DNA from: Octopus sinensis
Taxonomy: Eukaryota
Length of the DNA stretch: 64,000 nt
Assembly (NCBI RefSeq): GCF_006345805.1
Contig: NC_043001.1
Coordinates: 29,202,001 to 29,266,000, forward strand
Direction: 5' to 3'
Shown: positions 37,247 to 50,903 of the stretch, piece after piece
How the letters are laid out: every line of letters starts with the position of its first letter
How positions within the stretch are numbered: the first letter of the stretch is position 1
Program-made: the position numbers and the translations under genes
The notes under the pieces: model-generated
The model's database searches: none
What the model saw: the letters and a program-made list of their open reading frames with translations, nothing else
Told to the model about the DNA's origin: nothing

Positions 37247-37899
37247 AATGGTGTTTAAATGTTCCTGTACATAAGAGCTATTGATTTTTATGGCAAAATT
37301 GAGTTATACTAATGACTATAACATTGTTTAAAAATATAATAATATGCCTATATAATTATGTATTTATCTACATGCGTGTATGGGTATATGTATGGTTGTA
37401 TGAGAGTTTGTGAGTAAGTATGCATTGAATTTTGCCATGTATTTGTGTATGAATATATGTATGTGTTTATGGGTGCTTTATATGTTTGTGTATTTATGTA
37501 TGCCTGTATGACTATATATGCATATATCCATGTATGTATGCATATATACAGACATGCATATATGTATGCCTATATACACATATACATATATATAAGTATA
37601 TCCATGTATGTATGCATATATACTGGCATGCATATATTTATGCATATATACACATATACATATATATAACTATAGTACTCACCAAGAACAACGGTAATTT
37701 TTACCTTCTTTCAGTAATTCCTGATATTTTTGCTTCAAGCCTTCATCCATATTCTTCTTGTGGCTCACTTAGTTTTCTTTCAGTTATTTTTCTTTTATTC
37801 ACTCTCTTTTCTTATCCTCACTGTTTCACATATTCCCTACTTTTCTCTTCTTCTCCACTTTTCTATCATCTCACCCCTTCTCTATCCCTCTCTGACTCT

Positions 37900-38612
37900 G
37901 TAACATGTCTTGCAAACAACTTGCACATGCAAGTGATACAAGTCAAGAACTCCGCATACCGGAAGCCAGCAAGTGTATGGGGTCATCAGGAGAGAATGCA
38001 CGGCGTTTCGGGGCCTACCTCTCGACGGCATCAATGCGCACCGGCCCCCCCTCACTGATATGAGGCCCCGCTTGCTAGATCAACTGGTTATCAAATAAAG
38101 CTCAATATTCTTCTAGCCATTGATCATCATCTCTTTTAAACCAAATCCAGTGGCTAGCCTTCTCCACTGTAGTTTGGATATCAGTCATGGTGGTATTGAC
38201 TTAATGATGAGTTAGGCCTAACGATAACAACAGTCATCTCACACTGTGTCCAACAAACCCTCTACATCCAACTTCAATTGGAAAATGCTCTGCTTTCCAG
38301 CCTGCGTTTCCTCGAGGAGGTTTACATAACGGTCAATCTTTCGAGCCCGAGCGGCATCCATATTATCTTCATGAGGAACCATTAACTCAACTAGATTTAC
38401 AACTTTCCTTCTTTCACACCATATCAAAATGTCTGGTTTTTTCATAACTGGGATGGGAAAGAATCCTTGGCACACAGGTAAATCTGCAGTCACTTCCCAA
38501 TAGCCGTTCCACTTTTCATCTCTCACAGGAAGTTTCTTGATCTTCTTCTTGAAACGGATCCGCTGACCTGAGCACATGAAGGTAACAAAATCTCTAGTTG
38601 GTACTTTCGACA
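37900..38612 (-). mobile_element. Restriction-like-endonuclease non-LTR retrotransposon 3' remnant (HERO-like)
   Basis: WEVTADL...FFPIPVMKKPDILIWCERRKVVNLVELMVPHEDNMDAARARKIDRY matches the PD...ELTVPxE...RK..Y endonuclease motif. Confidence 0.8.
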
Positions 38613-38934
38613 TGCATATATGTATGCATATATACACATATACATATATATAAGCATAGTACTCACCAAAAACAATGATGTAATTTTTATCTTCTTTCAG
38701 TAATTCCTGATATTTTTGCTTCAAGATTCAAAAACCTCTCAGATGTAACTTAAATTTTTAGTCAATACTAATTTTATAAAGTTTATATCTACAAGCATAT
38801 ATAAATACATACATACATACACATATTTATGTATATATACATATATAGGTATGTCCATGTATGTAAATCTGTCTGTGTATCTCTCTCTCATTCTCTCTCT
38901 ATATATTATATGTATATTATATATACATACATAC

Positions 38935-38988
<54 letters not shown>

Positions 38989-39066
38989 CTTACTTGGAAA
39001 TGGATGCATGGCATTCAATCAAATAATAATATAAATAATATATCTATCTATCTAACTAACTAACTA

Positions 39067-39178
<112 letters not shown>

Positions 39179-39486
39179 TTTAGATTGGAGCCTGGTGCAG
39201 CCTTCTGGCTTGCCAGCCCTCAGTCAAACCATCCAGCCCATGCCTGCATGGAAAGCGGATGATGATGATGATATATATATATATATAATGGAACAAAAAC
39301 GCAATAGAGGACAATAAAACATCCAGACAAATAGATGATACAAAGGCAGGCAAGAAAAAAATGTGTGTGTATTTATATATATATATATATATATAAAGAG
39401 AGAGATAGATAAGATAAATACATACATACATACATATATGCATACATACATATCTATATTTACATATACATGCATACATACATACA

Positions 39487-39550
<64 letters not shown>

Positions 39551-39882
39551 AGAAAAAGGAAGCAGTCAGAATTTTGAATAACCCTTTATTAGCACTTTCT
39601 TTTGTTTTCAAAATCAACATGGTAAAAACAGAATGTTTCATTGCTCAGACAGATGAACCGGATGCTTTTATTTTTGTTTTGTTTAGAAGAGGAGGACATT
39701 GTTTTTTTTATTTTTTGGAAAAAGGCACAGAGAGATGAAGAAAAGAAAAGTGGTAGGGAAACAGATAGGGAGAGTAGTTTCCGGACAATCAAGAAAGAGG
39801 AGTAAAAAATAAGGATGTGGAAAGGGTAGATAGATAGATAGAAGGATAGAGAGAGAGAGAGAGAGAGCGGGGGAAGAGGTGG

Positions 39883-40410
39883 GTTTCTTTTCAATTTGGT
39901 GAGGTCAATTCATTGAAAATTCATTACAAAGTAATGTTTCTTTTCTTCTTTCTCCTTTTTTTCATTGTATACGTTTCAACATATTTCTAAATAAACACAT
40001 TTTCTCACAAGAACTGGTCACCTTTCAAAGGTGTCAATTTTAGGAAGTAGGATTGAAGAAATAAGGAAAGTGGGGAGGGTGCAGTCGTGTATTCTTTTAC
40101 AGTCAAAACATAGAATTACACACAATATGGGAATTGGCTAGTGTAGAAGAATATACATTTTCATAGTACTTTGAATTTTAATGATTTTTTTTTCAGTAGT
40201 GACTGCGGCCTCCCCCTTTTCTTATTTCTTCCATCCTACTTCCTAAAATTGATACCTGTGAAAAGTGACCAGCCCTTGTGAGGAAATTTATTTATTTACA
40301 AATATGTTAATAAGTATAAAATGGGAAAATGAAAAAGAAAGGAGAAAGAAAAAAGGAAAATTACTTTGTAATGAAATTTCAATGAATTGACCAGATCAAA
40401 TTGAAAAGAA
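39883..40410. repeat. Long imperfect inverted repeat (fold-back or MITE)
   Basis: 39883-40088 is complementary to 40200-40410, extended outward by (GA)n and (TC)n tracts. Confidence 0.85.
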
Positions 40411-40411
40411 A

Positions 40412-40456
<45 letters not shown>

Positions 40457-41514
40457 TTCTATCTCTCCCTCTCTTTCTATCTCTCCCTCTCTCTCTCTGT
40501 CTATCTATCCTTTCCTAATTCTATACAAAGGACTTTCCATTTTTTATTCTACTGTGTGTGTGTGTGTGTGTTTGTCTCTCACCTCCCTTTCTACCACTTG
40601 ACAACTGCAGTTCGTTTGTTTATGTCCCCATAACTAAACAGTTTGGCAAAAGAGGCGGACAGAATAAATACAAGATTTCAAATAAATAAGTACTAAGGTT
40701 GATTTGTTTCACTAAACCTTTCAAAGTAGTGCTCCAGCATGGCTGCAGTCTAATGACTGAAATAAGTAAAAGACAAATGACAAATGATTAATGATAAAGA
40801 ATCTAAAAAAACCTAACTAGGCTCAGAGTTTGCTTAATTTTATCAATTGGGAAGGTGGCGAGCTGGCAGAATCATTAGCATGCTTGGCGAAATGCTTGGC
40901 AGTATTTCGTCTGCTGCTATGTTCTGAGTTCAAATTCCGCTGAGGTCGACTTTGCCTTTCATCCTTTCGGGGGTCGATAAATTAAGTACCAGTTACGCAC
41001 TGGGGTCGATGTAATCGACTTAATACCTATGTCTGTCCTTGTTTGTCCCCTCTATGTTTAGCCCCTTGTGGGTAATAAAGAAATAGGTATTTAGTCTGTC
41101 TTTACATTCTTATTTCAAATTCCGCGAAGATTGTCTTTGCCCTACATCATTTTGGGGTTAATAAATTAAGTACCAGTTGTGTACTGGGTTCAACCTAATC
41201 AACTGGTCCCCTCCCCCAAAATTGTGAGCCTTGAGCCTAGAGCATAAAATAATTTTGTCAATTGGGAGTTAAGCAATGTGAAGCACCTAGTGAGAATGGT
41301 GCATTAGCACAATTGTTAGAGTTTTGGACAATATGTATCAGGCTAATTAAACCTATTACAATCTGAGTTCAAATCCTACTGAAGTCAATTTTGTTTTTCT
41401 TTTATATCGTTTATTCTTCTGGATCAATGAGTTAAAGAATCTCTCAAGAACTGATTTCTATATTATATTTCAAGTATTTCCTCTCAGAAATCTGAGGCTT
41501 TGTGTCTGGTAGAT

Positions 41515-41710
41515 GGACAATTCGTTAACAGACAGCTGGCTGACAGACAACTTACAGACAGGACAATTGACCAATTGGACAATTTGCTGAAAGGACAGTA
41601 TGTCAACATTTTTTAAAAACAAAGTAAAAATTACAAAAAAGTTTTATTAGACTTACAAATAAAAACAATTTATTTATAAAAAGATATTGTCTGTCGACGA
41701 ATTGTCTGCA
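41515..41710. mobile_element. Small DNA transposon remnant with subterminal repeats
   Basis: An array of ggacaatt-type repeats on the left and an inverted copy tgtctgtcgacgaattgtct on the right. Confidence 0.5.
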
Positions 41711-42321
41711 TATGTTGTGTCTATTGGTGCAGACTTTGTCATGTGGTTAAGGAGCTCTCTTTGCAACTATGTAGTTTCAGGTTCAGTCCCACTCTACAGC
41801 ACCTTGGGAAAGTGTCTTCTGCCTAAAGGTGGGCACTGCTAATTGAAAAGTTAACTTTGTTAACTATGAATCTGTTAACCAAAAAATTAACTTAGATAAC
41901 TGTTAATCAGTTAATTATTTTGTAATGTAATGGAAGTTATCGATAAACCATTAATGTTAATTTTTATTTTTAAAAAACCCCATAAAAACAGTTTTTGTTC
42001 TAAAACCACCTAAAAACACCTTTAAAAAAGTGCTAAAACTATAAAATCTATTAACTTCAATTGAATTGACCTTGAAGAAAGCTAAGTTGACTTGAGTTAA
42101 CAGAAGTTAAATGTAATGAAATTTAATTAGTCCGATTATGATTTCCAAAGTTAACTTTAAAGTTAAACCATTTACAAAAATGTTAACTTCATTAACTAAC
42201 TTAGAAGTAAGTACTGGGGTCAGTTTGTTCAACTAAACCCTTCAAAGTGGTGCCCCACAATGGCTGCTACCCAATGACTGAAACAAGTAAATGATAAATA
42301 ATAAGAAGCTTTTTTCTTTCC

Positions 42322-42352
<31 letters not shown>

Positions 42353-42787
42353 CTTCTTCTTCTTCTTCTTCTTCTTCTTCTCCTCATCCTCTCGCACACA
42401 CCTTCACTTACTCTCTTTCTGCCTCTCTATCTCTCCTTTTCTCTTTCATATTCACACTTCTTCTTTCCCTCCTTACATGCCCTTCATCTTGCATCTCTCT
42501 TTTGCCTGCTGCCTTTCAGTAGCAGCTTCAATCCTTTGATAAACCTCTCGCTTTCTTGCTTTCCTGCTGACAGTTATACTTGTTCCCATCTGTAATCTAG
42601 CTCCCCTCTTCCCTGCTCTCTTTTTCACCAGTGGCCTGCTCTTCTTACATACCACATGCATTCATATTTGCACAGGTGATTAGATAAAGAAACAGGTAAT
42701 AAGTACTATGATATTTGTTGATTGTTTGGGGAATAAACTACCTGAGCTAGCTACTGTATTTTCTGTTAATAAACATTTCATAAAAGA

Positions 42788-42888
42788 TTGTTGCTGCTGT
42801 TGTTGTTGCTACTGCTGCTGCTGTTGTTGTTGTTGCAGCTGCTGCTGTTTATAATATTATTGCTGTTGTTGCCACTGTTGTTGTTACT

Positions 42889-42919
<31 letters not shown>

Positions 42920-43230
42920 AGGATAATATTGTTGCTGCCATTGCTATTATTGTTGTTGTTGTTGTTGTTGCTGTGGCTGTTGTTGTTGCTGCTGCTGATG
43001 ATGATGATAATATTGTTGCTACTGTTGCTACGGTTGTTGTTGTTGTTACTGCTGCTGCTGTTGATGATGATGATAATATTGTTGCTGCTGTTGCTATTAT
43101 TGTTGTTGTAGTTGTCGTTATTGTTGTAGTTGTCGTTATTGTCATCGTCATCATCATTGTTGTTGTTGTTGCTACTGCTGCTGCCACTGTTGATAATATT
43201 GTTGCTGCTGGTGCTACTGTTGTTGTTGTT
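42788..43230. repeat. Compound trinucleotide repeat (TGT/TGC/TGA) with a higher-order unit
   Basis: Recurring gatgatgataatattgttgctgct blocks. Confidence 0.9.
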
Positions 43231-44154
43231 TTTTCTAGCAAAACTAAAAATTACAAACCAGCGGTGGTGCCCCAGCATGGCCGCGGCCTTCGGGCTAAAA
43301 CATTTTAAAGGATTTTTAAGGATTTAAGCTCTGTTACTGGTGCATTTTAGAAAAAAAAGTTGCTGTTAAACCCTAGGTCAGCCCTAGTTGAGTATAACTA
43401 AATGGATGCTACACAAGGATGCTATGAATGGCTCTAAATGTGAAATGGCAGCAACACATGACAAATAAATACCTTTATGGAGACCTGCCAAAAGTTAGCG
43501 CAAAGATCAAGCAAAGATGGTTGTGACTATCTGGTCACTGCGTGTGGTGAAGGCACATTGCCTAGTAATTAGAGCAGTGGACTTGTGGTCAAGGGATCGC
43601 GGGTTTGAATATCAGACTGGGCAATGTGTGTGTTTATGAGCGAAACACCTAAGCTCCACGCGGCTCCGGCAGAAGGTAATGGCGAACTTCTTCTGCTGAC
43701 TCTTTCGCCACAACTTTCTCTCACCCTTTCCTCCTGCATCTTGCAGCTCACCTGCGATGGACCGGCGTCCCATTGAGGTGGGGAACCTATATGCCAAGGA
43801 AACCGGGAAACCGGCCCTTATGAGCCAGGCATGGCTCAAGAAGGAACAAACAACACTGTGTGTGCCATCCTGGACTAGAAGCATCCAAATTAGTCTTGAG
43901 GAATCCACTTCATGGTGATGTAAGAAGAAGAAAACATTGTCACACCTACATTGACACCTTGATTGCAGACACTGGCCTGGACTGTATCCAGGACCCAGTG
44001 GCAGTGATGATGGACTGAGAAGTGTGGCGAGTGGAATTTTGTTGCTGTGTTCTAGGTTGGAATCCGGTCATAATAATAAATAGCATGATCAGTATTTCCT
44101 CTAAGCTGTGTGCTTGTGTATGTGTGCACTTGTGCATACACTCTCTCTCTCTCT

Positions 44155-44191
<37 letters not shown>

Positions 44192-47100
44192 ATGCCCACA
44201 TGCATGCACACAGATGTTTTGCAACTAGGAAAGAAAAAGATGTGCACACACAAAGTTTTCAAGAAGACATCAGATATTTTTAGTTGAAGAAACTTAAGCA
44301 GGCAGGATTGGCTGTGTAATTAAATAGCTTGCTGTGAAACCTATAGTTTCAGGTTCCATCCCATGGTGAGTCACCTTGGATGTCTTCTATTGTAATCCAA
44401 GGCTAACCAATGCCTTGTGAGTGAATTTGGTACATCATAACTACATGGAAGCCACTCGTATATAAATGTGTGTATGTATGTGTGTATGTATGTATGTATG
44501 TATGTATGTATGTATGTATGTGTGTGTGGGGGGGTGCATACGTATGTGTGTGTGTGGGGGGGTGCATACGTATGTGTGTTTGTGTTTATAATCCCCACTG
44601 CTTAAAATTATTTTATTATTTTCTCCCCGTAACTTAGCAGTTTGGTAAGATTAACTGATAGAATACAATAAGTACCAGGTTTAAAAAATAAATACTTGGG
44701 CAAATTTGTTTTCCATTCCCCCAGCAAAGGCAGTGCTCCAGCATGACCACAGTCAACTTACTGAAACAAGTAAAAGATAGAAAGGCAAAGATTGTTACTT
44801 GCATGGAAGTATGCATACTTCATAAAAGAAGACAAAATTTGCAGACAATGCATATTTCTGCGTGCATTCGGTGCAAAAATATTTGAGGGAACATGGCTTA
44901 GAATTTCAACCATTGCTTTCTTGTCTTTTGAAGGCAAGTAGGACTAAGTTATCTTATGAGTCCTTTCTTTATTTAGGAGAAATAAAGCAAGATTTGAAGG
45001 AGGTTTGGTTATTATTTCTAGCAGGTTGAGCAACCACATATGATGCTCCCTGCTTGTCTCAGGGAAAACTCACGCATTGTATTACTGTTCTGTTTGTTTT
45101 CTGTTTACAGGAAATTAGTTTGTAGGAATGTAATTAAAAGTTGAGTGTTTACATCTAAAAAAAATGTGAAGACTTAATAAATAAAGCAACTTGGAAAACA
45201 AGAACTATTTAAAAAGAAAACCATCAATAATATAAACAATACCTGTTTTTATTTCCTTCTCTATGTGCAATTAAAGAAACTGCCAGATTTTTAACAAGTA
45301 CACACACACACACACACACCACACACACACACACACACACATACACGTAGATATCTTCTCTGTTAAACATACATTGCAAAATGTAATTACTTAAAGGAAA
45401 TTATAAGAAAAAAGTATTAATTACTACATTTAATATTTTCTATAAAATCCTAACATTTTCTGTGATGCTGAAAAAGAAGCATAGGTTAAAGGAATTAAAA
45501 TCAGGGAAAATTCAGATTTATAACTAACATAAATTTTCATCTGAAGAACATAATTAAAATATCTTAAATTTTTTATGACTTGCTTAGGTGAATAAATAAC
45601 TGGGAATGAAGAAGATAAGCAAATAAAAGGCATTAATGTTCAAATACATAGCCATTATTCTATGATGATTTTAAAATGCTATTTCTTATCTACAAGTTCT
45701 TGGATTTTTATATGTAGTGAGTAATTTTTTAGCTCATATTTTTGGTATCGTCATCATCATCATCATTTAATGTCCATTTTCTATGCTGTTATGGGTTGGA
45801 TGGCTTCACAGGGACTAATAAGCCCAGGGGCTGCACCAGGTTCCATAGACTGTTTTGGCTTGATTCCTACAGCCAGATGCCCTTCCTAACATCAAACACT
45901 CAACAGAGTATATTGGGTACTTTTTACATGGCACCATTGCCAGTGCTTTTTACATGTAACCAGCACCCACACTAATGCTTTTTACATGACACTTTGGTTT
46001 TGGGATGTCAATTCTGTTGTGGTGGGCAGATCGTTTTGTGTACAACATATCTTGGTCCTCTGTCATCTCCTTCATAAGGCACAGCATTTTAAGATCAGCC
46101 TTCAGAACTTCATCCCATGTCTTCTGGGGTCTTTCTGTTTCACAACTTCCCTCCACTTTTACACATATTATTACAATAGGTGTAGGAGTAGCTGTGTGGT
46201 TAGTAGTTTGCTTACCAATCACATGGTTCCAGGTTCAGTCCCACTACACGGCACCTTGGACATGTGTCTTCTGCTATAGCCTCAGGCTGACCAAAGCCTT
46301 GGGAGTGGATTTGGGAGATGGAAAAAGAAAGAAGCCCGTCATATATATATATTTATATACATACATGTGCGTGTAGCTGTGTGTGTATGTGTGTGTGCAT
46401 ATGTGTTTGTGTGTCTGTGTTTGTCCCCCCACCATCCCTTGACAACCGATGCTGGTGTGTTTACGTCCCCATAATTTAGTGGTTTGGCAAAAGAGACATA
46501 CATACATGTATATATATATATCTTAGGTCATCCCATAAATAATGCAGTTTTTTTATACTTCTTTTATTTTTCAAAATTAAGATAATCAAAGTTCTTCAGT
46601 TCTATATTTAAGAGATGAGGAATTATATACATTATTTACATTCAACTGATATTTATCCTCATCTTGTTTGTTGTTAATACAATGTTTCTTGGTCCTTATG
46701 GGTTCACTATTATCACCAGTAATAACCAATATATACATGGAATACTTTGAGAATTTGGCTTTAGGATCAACACCACTAAAACAAACACTATGGCTATGAT
46801 ATGCTGATGACACCTTTATACTCTGGCCCCACCAGGATGATGTCAAGTGCTGTTAGATCATGTGAACTCAATAAAGCCATTCATACAGTTCATTAGACTC
46901 TTAAAGTGGTTGGTGATAGGAAGGGTATCCAGCCATAGAAAACTATGCCAAATCAGACTGGAGTCTGATGCAGCCTGCCAGCATGCCAGCCCAGTTAAAC
47001 TGTCCAACCCATGCCAGAATGAACAACAGACATTAAATGAGGATGATGATGATATATGTGTGTATATATATAACAAATGAAAGACAGAAGATGGAATATA

Positions 47101-47762
47101 CGAGAATATATTATTGATCACAACAATTGTTTCGACATATCTAGTATCGGTTCCTCTTGTGAATCCAAACAAAGAAGAACAAGCAAGAAAAAATAATAAT
47201 GTGAGGACATGGTACAAATACTGTATTATCCAGATGCTCAGGAAAGGAAGAAAGAGGATTTAGTGTTTTGAGCAAAGCTCTTCTTCAGAAATAGAGGGAA
47301 GTCCAAAGGAAGGGAAGACGGAGGAAGAAAATCGCCAATGATACACATGCAGTTACATTATGAAATGACCGGAAGGGAATGGGTGAAGAAAAGTTCTTTC
47401 TAAGACATGAGAGTGCAAGAGAAGGAAATATGTGTGTGTATGTGTGTGTGCACGCAGGTCTCTGTGTGTTTGTGTGTGTATAATAATTGCACATGTATGT
47501 GTGTGTGTGTGTGTGGACTTTGTGTCATTTAATGGCTTAATGTCATAGAACGAATTTACAGTAGGAATTTTAGGTAGGAGTGGCTGTCTTTTGTGTGTCT
47601 CCCTTCACATGTGCATAGGAAAATAGTCAGTAGAAAGGTGTTTAACTATTGCAGTGACGTTTGCTTTGTTGAATTATTTTACTGTGCCTTATGGCACCGC
47701 TAGGAAATACACAGTACAACATTATTATTTCCTATATTTTTTTCTCTTATTATACGTATTAC

Positions 47763-48015
47763 TACCTCCACCAAGGATGTTATGGTTTTGCCAACATTGA
47801 TTTGTTCATCTGACTGTCTGTTTGCTTGTTTGTTAGCAACATAACTCTAAAACTTATGGATGAATTTTGATGAAATTTTCAGGAAATGCTCAAAATAAGG
47901 CAAGCAAAATATGATTAGATTTTGGTGATGATATGGTGTAAACCAAACTATGGGGGTGGGGAACGGGCATGTTGCTTGGCAGAGGTCTACAGTTTCCAAG
48001 TGCTAAAGTTTCTAG
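47763..48015 (+). mobile_element. Helentron-associated non-autonomous element (HINE/DINE-1-like)
   Basis: Subterminal inverted repeat acctccaccaag / cttggcagaggt, an internal (gtct/gttt)n tract and a 3' ctag followed by a T-run. A related 3' end lies at about 9905-9940. Confidence 0.65.
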
Positions 48016-48947
48016 TTTTTCACTATTGTGTATTTTTTTTAGGAAATATGAACTGTCTTTGAATGAAATTTTGTATATTCTTGAAGAGGAAGATGACGGC
48101 CCAGATTATATTTTCATTGAATCCCCAGAGGTTACTGATATGACAGATGAGGATTCAGAGAATGAAGATGAAGCTGACACTGTTCAACAAACTCATCATC
48201 TCTCAGGCAACCAACTTTGTGCCCCAGTAGAATTGCAATTACAAAGTACAAAAACAAATGATAATGAAGTGACACAGAAAGAAAGTTCTGCTGAAACTGG
48301 ACAGGCTTCAGGTGCAGGAAACAAAAGAAAAAATGCCAAATTACCTGGGAAAAGGCCTAAACACAAGTAATGCTCTCCATTTTTCCTGAGTGTAATTATT
48401 CAAAATACACGGATTTTAGTGAAGTGGAATTATTTGAGCTATTCTATGACGATGATATAATTGAGCCCTCAATGAAAGAAATGACAAAATACTGCTTGAA
48501 AAAGAACTGGACTGATATAAATGTACCCTTGAATGAATTCAAAGTGTTCCTTGCAATTCTCTTAGTTTCAGGATATAATCAATTACCTCATTACCATATG
48601 CATTGGTCACATACATTGGATATGTTCAATGAAGTTATCTGTAATGTTATGAGACATGACCGGTTAGATGCTATAATGTGTTGTCTTCACTTCAGTGCAG
48701 CACATGATATCAATAAAAGTGATACATTTGCAAAACTGTGATCACCTATATCTCATTTACAAATGAAATTTATAGCACCAAGTATTTCACATGATGAAGC
48801 AATGGTGGAATATTTTTGCAAGCATAGTTGCAAGCAATCTATTTGCAATAAACCAATAAGATTTGGATACAAAATCTGGTATCAAGATTTGTCTGGAGGA
48901 TATCTAATAGCCTTTGGTCCCTATCAAGGTAAGACCCACTGTGGAAA

Positions 48948-49382
48948 TCTCTTATTATAAAAGGCAGATTTTATCTGCCTCCCTTTGGGAGTTATACAAA
49001 TCTACAATATAGGATTTCTTCAATTACAATTTACCTGGCATTTTTAAGAGTACAATGCATCGCGTCATGCCAGGTCCAGTTTTTAAAATTTAAACTCCAA
49101 TTAAGCAAAATTTACAGAAAACTCACATTCTGGTGTGTGTGTCAAATGCTTTTCTTAGTCTGGTTTACACCACACGCAAACGCACACACACAGTGGGCAA
49201 CGAATAAAGTGAAACTAGATGTAATATTTGTTTCTCTCTATCACGCTGATAGATACATGAGTAAAATGTATGGGAAGCTAACACATAAGTGTGAGTGAAA
49301 ATGTTCTTGGAAGAGAGTAAATAGCCAGAGATAGTGATTTGACGAAGACTTTACATTAAATAACCGTAGTGGCTTGTGTTAG
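48948..49382 (+). mobile_element. Helitron-like non-autonomous element, family B
   Basis: A|TC 5' end (tctcttattataaaaggcag) and TTAG|T 3' end. A near-identical inverted copy of its 5' part lies at 63412-63677. Confidence 0.6.
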
Positions 49383-49409
49383 TAATAAAGTAAACATACA
49401 CTCATACAT

Positions 49410-49442
<33 letters not shown>

Positions 49443-49816
49443 TACATACATACATACACACATACATACATACACACACACATACATACATACACACATA
49501 CATACATACATACATATACATACATACATACATACACACCACACACACACACACACACACAGTATTGAAGCTCGAGAACAATCAGATACATTTGCAACAC
49601 ATCTGTTGAAAATATTATTGTTCACACACATACATATACATATATACATACAGACAGACAGATAGACACACACACACACACACACATGATCCAGCATGGC
49701 CACAACCTCAAGGCTGAAACATATAAAAGAATAACAGAATATAAATGTGTGCATGTGTGTGAGAGAGAGAGTGTGTGTGTATATGTATGTATGTATGTAT
49801 GTATGTATATATATAT

Positions 49817-50245
49817 AATAATGCGGTTTTTTCAACAGCTTGAACTAAAAGTCAGAGGGGAATGGGATAAACTACTTATATTAACTTGCTATAAAAGCAG
49901 GTAGTAATTTTATCTTGTCCTTATTCATAGTGCAAGTTTTGAAGAGTGCATTTCGATTTTAACAGCTATTTTTTTCAAAGCTATATTGGAACAGCCTAGA
50001 AGACGAGCCTCATCCTGAAAGATCTGTAGAACTCAACAAGGACATCCTGAAAACCCTGGTGGAACAAAATCTCATTGTAACTGTTGAGGAACTAGCAGAG
50101 AAGCTTGGATTTGGTCATTCAACCATTCATTGAGACCTGTGTGCTATCGGAAAAGTCAGCAAATTGGGTCAATGGGTTCCTCACGAACTTTCCGAGTCTA
50201 ATTGCATGCAGAGAGTGAATGTATGCTTTTCTTTGCTGTCACATC
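49817..50245 (+). mobile_element. Mariner transposase 5' remnant
   Basis: LEDEPH...TVEELAEKLGFGHSTIH*DL...KLGQWVPHELS. The TIR-like ataatgcggttttt also occurs at about 46523-46555. Confidence 0.88.
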
Positions 50246-50267
50246 TACCACTACTGCGCTATGTATA

Positions 50268-50903
50268 TCTATATATATAAAACTGTAGTTGTGTGAGTGT
50301 CTGTCCCCTTCGATTTAGATTCCTAACTACTCCCACATTTTGCGGTGCAGTTTAACCAAATTCGGGTAGCTTATAGTCGTGATTCATATCGAGCCCGTCT
50401 GAGTATTAGCGCGCGTCTACGATGAGTCTACGATTTTAAAAATAATTTAACATCATTTTTTATTCCATTTTAATGCATAATTTTCGTGTGTCGATGGTGG
50501 CGGAGTTGGCGTCCACGCTCACACCTGCACCTGTGGGGAAGGGAGTGTAAGGAAATCAACGTCGTAATGCGTTGTCAAGGAGACCAGCGTTCTTTTAGAA
50601 CAACGACTTCATGGCTTGAAGACACCAAAACAGAAATGGCTAAGAAAGCGTCTACATGAGTCTACGATTTAAAAAAAAAATTACCATCGTTTTTTTTCCA
50701 TTTTAATGCATTTTTTCGCTATTATATAAGGGAAGTAACTCTCTAAAAATGTCTACGATGAGTCAACGATTTTAAAAAAAATTTACCATCATATTTTTTC
50801 CATTTTTAATGCATTTTTTGCTATTTTTTGGCTATAACTCTCTAAAAATGCTTATATAGTTATTTCCCTTACAAACCCGAGCAACGCCGGGCGATACTGC
50901 TAG
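50268..50903 (+). mobile_element. Non-autonomous Helitron, family A
   Basis: A|TC 5' end, 3' hairpin cccgagcaacgccggg followed by CTAG|T, no TSD. A second copy lies at 61869-62262(-) and a 3' fragment at about 53060-53090. Confidence 0.87.

Noticed and set aside
42778-43327. Low-complexity Asn/Ser/Leu/Thr-rich ORFs
   Set aside because: Compound trinucleotide repeat open in many frames, with no splice support.
47969-48960. Domesticated PGBD gene
   Set aside because: Multiple stops and frameshifts, and nested insertions split the catalytic domain.
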